From contig JAXLNO010003747.1 in assembly GCA_038087875.1 (NCBI GenBank), positions 124,001-188,000 on the forward strand: a DNA stretch of 64,000 nucleotides. Reading direction: 5' to 3'. Positions 57,135-64,000 of this stretch are shown here, one piece after another. The first letter of the stretch is position 1; each line of letters begins with the position of its first letter. Under the pieces are notes generated by a model. It was not told the origin of the DNA. It worked only from the letters and a program-made list of their open reading frames with translations, and ran no database searches. Both the position numbers and the translations under genes were made by a program. Source of the stretch: Malacoraja senta (Eukaryota).

Positions 57135-57930
57135 TGAAGGCAGCCTCTGCCTACAGTCTGTTTGTTTTTCTATCTTTTTTTTATTTTTAGTTAGTTTTAA
57201 AAGTATGTTTCTTTAGTTTCTCTAACTTTTCTATGTGGGGGAGGGGGGTAGGGTAAGGGGGAAACCGTTTCCCAGTCACTTTCTGGCGAGGACGCGACTA
57301 TTCTCCGAGTCGCATCCTCGCCCCCCCTCCTCGCGGCCTACCACCTGGATTGGAGCGGCCTTTCCTGTCGGGGACTGGACCAGAGCTCCAGCAGTGGCGG
57401 CGCAATGCTGGATTCACAGCGCAGCGGGCAATGCCTTACCTGGGATCGCCGTGGAGGCTCCGGAGTGCTGGGCCTGCTGCTGTCTTCAACATTGCGGAGA
57501 CCTGGGGCCATTTGCCGAGGGCCACCAGCATTGAATCTCCGCCCGGCGCGGCCTGTGGACTTCGGGAGCCACGGACTCTGGTAGGAGGTGGCCGTTTCGG
57601 ATGTCCAAGCTGCGGAGGATGTCCTCCAGTCCCGACGTCGGACTTCCATCACCCCGGCGAGCGGGCTTGAACATCGGGCTGCCCGTAGCGGCGACAGCGG
57701 GGTGTTCGGGAGCTCCCCCCCCCCCCCGACCACGGGAGGACAACAGAGGAGGATGACTGAATTTTGGAGCCTTCCCTCACAGTGGGAAACTTTGATCCCG
57801 CTGTGTGGGGATGTCTGTGTTAAAAACTATCGTGTTCTGTGCTCTTTATTATTCGTATGGCTGTATGGCGACCACACATTTCACTGTACCAATTGGTACA
57901 TGTGACAAATAAATGTATCTTGTATCTTGT
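57135..57930 (+). mobile_element. CpG-rich non-coding retroposon with (TATCTTG)n tail, inserted into a CR1 remnant
   Basis: Shares blocks such as CCTCGCGGCCTACCA...GGAGCGGC..TTTCCTGTCGGGGAC with 42045-42885. Confidence 0.6.
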
Positions 57931-58679
57931 ATCTTGCTTCCATGAACGTAATTCTTTGTTTAGGCAGCTAGTTCTCCCTGAATGCCATGAGCTCTAATCA
58001 TCCAGAGCAGCCTACCATGCAGAAACTTATCAAAGGCCTTGCTAAAGACCATATGTACAATGTCTATGACCTTATCATCATCAACCTTCTTGGTTACTTT
58101 TTCCAAAAACTATCAGATTGGTGAGGCATGATCTCCCACGTCCAAAACCACGCTGACCAGCCCCTGTCTCTTCAAATGCATATTTACCCTATCTCTCAGA
58201 ATCCTGTCCAGTAACTTACCTACCGCAGATTGTAGGCCCACTGATTTATAGTTTCTAGGCTGTGCCCTGTAGTCCTTCATTTGCCACCCTCCAGTTATCC
58301 GGCACCTCACCCATGTCTAACAATGATTCATATCTCTGTCAGGGCGCTTGCAATTTTTCTCTAGCTCCCCACAGTGTCCTCTGATATATCTGATCAGATC
58401 TGGGTGAATTATCTACTTTCATATGTCTTAGGATGTCCAGCACATCATCGGCCATAACACGGACTGTCCTCCAGACATCTCCATTTCCTGTTGCAAGCTC
58501 CCTCATCTTCAAATCTTTCTCCACAGTAAAAACAGGGGAGAAATACTCATTGAAAATCTTGCTCATCTCATGCAGCTCCTCACAGAGATGACAGCTTTTA
58601 TTTTCTGAGTGGATTTATTCTTTATCAAGTTACCCTCATTCATTTAATATAGGAGTGAAGAAGACTGTAAAAACTTGTG

Positions 58680-58960
58680 AACACTGCCCAGTCCATCACG
58701 GGTTCTAACCTCCCCACCATCGAAGGAAGCTCAAAAAGGCAGCAAGGATCATCAGAGACCCACACCACCCTGGCCACACACTTATTTCACCCCTGCCATA
58801 GGGTAGAAGGTACAGGAGCCTGAAAATTGTAACGTCAGGTTCAGCAATAACTTCTACCCTACAGCCTTTAGGCTATTAAACACTACAGCCTTAAACAAGC
58901 TCTTAACTACATAGACTATTATTGTTATTGCTGCACCATTATTGTTTGTTTTTTGTGTGT
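58680..58960 (+). mobile_element. Rex1/Babar-like LINE 3' fragment (related pieces at ~36700-37090, 46060-46330, 63660-63960)
   Basis: Translates to IIRDPHHPGH.L.SPLP.GRRYRSLK-like C-terminal motif; family call tentative. Confidence 0.55.
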
Positions 58961-58968
58961 ACATATGA

Positions 58969-59007
<39 letters not shown>

Positions 59008-59060
59008 CAAATATGGTATCTATATATGTGTATTTGTGAGTATGTGAGTATATACACACC
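58960..59060. repeat. (TG)n(TA)n microsatellite
   Basis: Directly visible. Confidence 0.9.
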
Positions 59061-60339
59061 CAGATATTTGTATTTCTTGTTTCTTATATTGTTTACAATG
59101 TACTATGTTTACATATTCTGTTGTGCTGTGCAAGTAAGAATGTCATTGTTCTATCTAGGACATCTCTATATAACTAAAAGTCTTTGGCTTGTTTGTGCCC
59201 ACGATGTGTCTCTGTGTGTGTCAATCTGGTTAATTCCTATCTTCTTCCTAATGCTAGGCCACAGCCTTCCTATTTTCACACATCTTACTCACATTTTCCC
59301 CGTGGTGGCGATAAACATCTTCCCGTCACATTTCCACCTATATTTCCGAAGTTATTAATCGTTAAATTTTAAAAGTCTGATTTCTTCAAACTCTTCCATT
59401 TTGGAAACAAAATCCGAGTGACTTCACAATGCACTCACAAGGCAGGACAGGGCCACTCCAGGAGGGACGGACACTCCAGTGCTCCAACCCTCCTTCCCCC
59501 CTCCCCACCCCCCTCCAGTGCACCAATCACAATGGGCTCTCAAGCTGCCGAGTGCCACACCCCCTGCCTCCTCCCCCCTCCCCCCACCGGGTTATTCATG
59601 ATTAAAGTTTTTTTTTAAGCCAAAAGGTTTACGTTGGGGGAACAGGTGAGTGCTGGAATATTGCGTTGGGGGAGCAGACCCAACGGGTCTGCACTTGGTC
59701 TGGTATGACAATAAAACAATATTGATTCTTGAATGTACATAAAGTATCTTTGGATTATTCTTTGTGTGACACCAAAATTGATAAGTATATTAGGTAATGA
59801 AAATTGTTGTCTAAGATTACAAAATAATGTTGATCAACCGGAAAGGTATGGAGGTGAGGGGATGGGAGGTGAGGGAGGGAAGGAATGCCAGTTGAAATCT
59901 AACTCAAACAAGTGTGATTTGATGCATTTTGGGAAGACAAATCAGGGCTGGCGAAATCTATTGCAGGATTGTAAATGGAGCTGTACCTTGGTGTACAATT
60001 ACATAGTTCCCTGAAAATGGCATCATAGTTTGATAGGGTAGTGAAGGGAATATATGTCTGAAGAATCGCCTCGACCCAAAACGTCACCCATTCCTTCTCT
60101 CCAGAAAATTTGCCGCTGAGTCTCTCTGGCTTTTTGTGTCTATCTTCGGTTTAAATTAGCATCTGCTGTTCATTCCTACGCAGAGTATATGTTGTGCCTT
60201 GTTTCCCCAGCCATGGTACTAAGGACTAGGGTTGGGGTGTCATGTTACAGTTGTACAGAATGTTGAACAGGCAACCATTAATCTGTCCAGGGGCTCAGCT
60301 GATTTGTCGCACAATAGACTCTAATCCAAGTGTTAAAGA

Positions 60340-61800
60340 AGGAACTGCAGATGCTGGAAAATCGAAGGTACACAAAAATGCTGGAGAAACTCAGCGGGTG
60401 CAGCAGCATCTATGGAGTGAAGGAAATAGGCAACGTTTCGGGCCGAAACACTTCTTCAGACTGATAGGGGGTGGGGAGAAGAAAGGAAAAAAGGAAAAAG
60501 GCGGAGGAAGAGCCCGAGGGCTGGGGGAGGGGAGGAGACAACCAGAGGGCTGATGAAGGGGAGGGGACAGCAAGGGCTAGCAGAATTGGGAGAATTCAAT
60601 GTTCAAGCCCCCAGGATGTAGACTGCCCAAGCGGAATATGAGGTGCATTTCCTCCAATTTACGGTGTTGCTCGCTGTGGCCATGGAGGAGACCCAGGACA
60701 GAGAGGTCAGATACGGAATGGGAGGGGGAGTTGAAGTGCTGAGCCACCGGGAGGTCAGGTGTTCGGCGAAACGATCGCCAAGCCTCCGCTTGGTCTCACC
60801 GATGTAGATCAGCTGGCATCTAGAGCAGCGGATGCAATAGATGAGGTTGGAGGAGATGCAGGTGAACCTCTGTCGCACCTGGAACGACTGCTTGGGTCCT
60901 TGAATGGAGTCGAGGGGGGAGGTGAAGGGACAAGTGTTGCATCTCTTGCGGTTGCAAGGGAAAGTACCCGGGGAGGGGGTGGTACGGGAGGGAAGGGAAG
61001 AATTGACAAGGGAGATACGGAGGGAGCGGTCTTTGCGGAAGGCAGACATGGGAGGAGATGGGAAGATGTGGCGAGTGGTGGGGTCACGTTGGAGGTGGCC
61101 AAACTGACGGAGGATCACTTGTTGTATGTGACGGCTGGTGGGGTGAAAGGTGAGGACTAGGGGGACTCTGCCCTTGTTGTGAGTGGGGGGATGGGGAGAG
61201 AGAGCAGTGTTGCGGGGTATGGCAGAGACCCTGGTGCGAGCCTCATCTATGGTGGAGGAGGGAAACCCCGTTCCCTGAAGAATGAGGACATTTCAGATGC
61301 CCTGGTGTGGAACGCCTCATCCTGGGAGCAGATGCGGTGTAGACGGAGGAATTGGGAGTGGGGAATGGAGTCCTTACAGGAAGCAGGGTGGGAAGAAGTG
61401 TAGTCCAGATAGCCATGGGAGTCGGTGGGTTTGTAGTGGATGTCGGTAAGGAGTCTATCACCTTCGATGGAGATAGTGAGGTCAAGGAATGGTAGGGATG
61501 TGTCGGAAATGGTGCTGGTGTATTTGAGTGCCGGATGGAAGTTGGTGGTGAAGCGGATGAAGTCAGTCAGTTGTGTGTGGGTGCAGGATGTGGCACCAAA
61601 ACAATCATCGATGTAGCGGAGGTAGAGGTCGGGGATGGGGCCCTGGTACGCATTGAACAAGGATTGTTCTACGTACCCGACAAAGAGGCAGGCGTAGCTG
61701 GGGCCCATGCGTGTGCCCATAGCTACGCCTTGTATTTGGAGGAAATGGGAGGAGTCAAAGGAAAAGTTATTAAGTGTAAGGACCAGCTCCGCTAGGTGGA
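60340..61800 (-). mobile_element. Penelope-like element (RT plus GIY-YIG endonuclease), 5'-truncated and frameshifted, with 3' terminal repeat
   Basis: MGTRMGPSYACLF...YLRYIDD (RT); NLIYCIRCSRCQLIYIGETKRRLGDRFAEHL (GIY-YIG); frameshift and a small deletion. Confidence 0.93.
60432..60459 (-). ncRNA. Minimal hammerhead motif in the terminal repeat of the 60340-61800 Penelope element
   Basis: Reverse complement CTGAAGA-A-GTGTTTCGGCCC-GAAAC-GTT, same strand as the Penelope ORF. Confidence 0.5.
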
Positions 61801-62434
61801 GGAGGGTGTCAGTGGCCGGGTATAAGTCTGAACTCTGAAAAGAAAATCAAGAAATTCAAGTTGCCACTCATCCAGGGACTGAATAACAAAACACATCTTA
61901 GTGTTGCTTATCTGGCTTGAAAACTCTTAACATTGATCTATTTTGCTTCATAGTGTAGTCCATTTATAAACTGGCCATCCCCAGACATCCTGTGTCCACA
62001 CTTTCCAAAGGGCACCTCACCTATTTTCAGATCTGCTCTCAACAAGTATCAATCACATTATCCCTCTCTCTATCTATCATCTCTCTCCATCTCACTATAT
62101 ATCTCTCTCCCTCTATCTCCCTATCTCTCTCCATCTATTTATCTCTCCATCTCTCATCCCTCAGCTCTATCTCTCTTTCCTTCATCTCTTTCATTTCTGC
62201 AAATTGAAATCATTAATCAGTCTGAGATCACTGTGTGTGACTGAATGACATCAGAGCATCAGTCCATGAGACATACCACTGGTCACAGGCTTTCTATGTA
62301 AAAAAAACAACCCTCCACTACAATTCTCTGACTCCTACCACCAAGCCAACTTTGTGTCCAATTGACTAGCTCACCCTGGATCCCATGTTTTCCAACCTAA
62401 TGGACCAGCCACCCATGTGGGGCCTTGCTGAAGG

Positions 62435-62745
62435 ATGGCATGGTGGCATAGTCGTAAGGCTACTGCTTTACAGTGCCAGAGACCTGGGTTCAGTCCTGAC
62501 TACAAGTGCTTTTCTATATGGAGTTTGTACGTTCTCCCCGTGACCTGCGTAGGTTTTCTCCAAGATCTTCGGTTTCCTCCCACACTCCAAAGACGTACAG
62601 GTTTGTACGTTAATTGGCTTGGTATAAAAGGTAAAATTACCCCTAGTGTGTGTAGGGTAGCGTTAAAATGCGGGGATCGCTGGTCTGTGTAGGCCCGGTG
62701 GGCTGTAGGGTCTGTTTCCTCACTGTATCTCTAAACTAAACTAAA
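62435..62745 (+). mobile_element. V-SINE (HE1-like)
   Basis: Same consensus with (TAAAC)n tail. Confidence 0.88.
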
Positions 62746-62988
62746 CATAGACAACATCTGTCATCCAATCACACACTGGGCAATTTACAAAATTCAATTA
62801 ACCAACCAACTCGCATGTCTTTGAGATATAGGAGGACCGGAGCATTTGGTGGAGATCCACGTGTCATAGGGAGAACAAAAAAATGATACACGTTGTACCC
62901 AAGATCAGGATTAAAACCAAGTTGCTGTAGCAGAGGGGCACCAATTCTGCCAGTTGCCTCAATGTACTGCCTTTTAAAAAGAAAATTC

Positions 62989-63306
62989 AAAGCCTGTCCC
63001 ACTGTACGAGGTAATTCAAGAGCTCTCCCGAGTTTTTAAAAAAATTAAACTCGTGGTAAGCACGTAGAATGTACGTAGCGGGTACGTCGGAACTCGGGAC
63101 GTCTCCTAGCGGCTCGTAACGCTAACGGCAGGTACTCGGGAAACGCGGTAAGCTCGTGAAGACTCGTGAAGATTTTTCAACATGTTGAAAAAAGTCCACG
63201 AGAGCCCCAAGTGCCTATGAGCGGCTATTACCATAATTCTCCGAGTTCGAATCAGGGGAAACTCGGGAGAACTCTTGAATTAGCTTGTACAGTGGGACAG
63301 GGCCTT
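62989..63306. mobile_element. Second MITE copy, inverted relative to 48240-48557
   Basis: Same TIRs; internal sequence in opposite orientation. Confidence 0.85.
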
Positions 63307-63351
63307 TAAGCTGTGTCTGCGTTGTCCAAGCACACACTCTCAGGGCAGAAT

Positions 63352-63655
63352 TAGTTTAGTTTAGTTTAGAGATACAGCATGGAAACAGGCCTTTCGGCCT
63401 ACCAAGTTTGCGAAGACCAATGATCCCTTTACATTGGCACTATCCTACACACACTAGGTACAAATTACAATTTACAAACCAATTAACCTACAAACCTGTA
63501 CGTCTTTGGAGTGTGGGAGGAAACTGGAGCACCCGGAGAAAACCCATGCGTTCACCCAACATACAAACTCCGTGCAGACCGCACCCATAGTCAGGATCGA
63601 ACCCTGGTGTCTGGTGCTATAAGGCAGCAACTCTACCGCTGCGCCACCCTGCCGC
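63352..63655 (-). mobile_element. V-SINE (HE1-like); further partial copies at ~4485-4675, 10345-10497, 11358-11470, 37960-38050, 45060-45300, 46320-46520
   Basis: Same consensus. Confidence 0.88.
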
Positions 63656-64000
63656 CCCTAAGTATAGATATAGGGAAAGATACAGCAGCCTGAAAACCGT
63701 GACAACCAGATTCAAGAATAGCCTCTTCTCAGCAAACATCAGGCTCTTCAACATCACACAAAACTAACTTCAGCATCTATGATCATCTACGGACTATCTT
63801 TGAATGTACTATGAATTTAGTTTTTTGCACTATTATGATAGTCCAGTATTACAGTTATTAATTTATTGTTATATTGGTTGTTTTCTATTATCTCTGTGTT
63901 ATTGCAGTTACATGCAGGTGAAGCTGCAGCAAGTAAGAAGTTTGTTGTTCTATTGTTGATACATATGACAATTAAATGACTCTTACCTCACATTTGATTT

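Overview
Repeat-rich vertebrate genomic DNA, inferred to be from a cartilaginous fish (probably a skate or ray) from its HE1-like V-SINEs, HER1-like CR1 LINEs and Penelope fragments. Two host genes can be rebuilt from splice sites and phases. (1) The 3' part of a SUN-domain gene (SUN1/SUN2 family, most SUN2-like) on the minus strand: five exons between 10884 and 1039, continuing off the left edge. (2) A complete five-exon non-classical MHC class I-like gene on the plus strand (32616-43363: leader, alpha1, alpha2, alpha3, TM/cytoplasmic) with one in-frame TAG in alpha1. Between them lie a ~3 kb hAT DNA transposon (TIRs, 8-bp TSD, decayed transposase) and a full-length L1-clade LINE (24905-31515, minus) with intact ORF1 and ORF2, poly(A) and a 12-bp TSD. 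The most unusual feature is this L1's 1.2-kb inter-ORF spacer. It holds a small single-pass membrane ORF with a polybasic tail whose stop overlaps the ORF2 start (FAST-protein/viroporin-like layout), a second hydrophobic frame behind a splice-acceptor-like site, and a duplicated ~270-bp module whose differences are biased to synonymous sites. Also notable: more than 20 Penelope terminal-repeat fragments, many carrying recognisable hammerhead-ribozyme cores (often as fold-back mini-elements), an inverted copy of a SUN coding exon inside a downstream SUN intron, and a perfect 37-bp-arm hairpin. Most ORFs in the supplied track are LINE fragments, antisense shadows or non-AUG artefacts. All family and lineage calls come from motif recognition by eye; no searches were run, and repeat boundaries are approximate.
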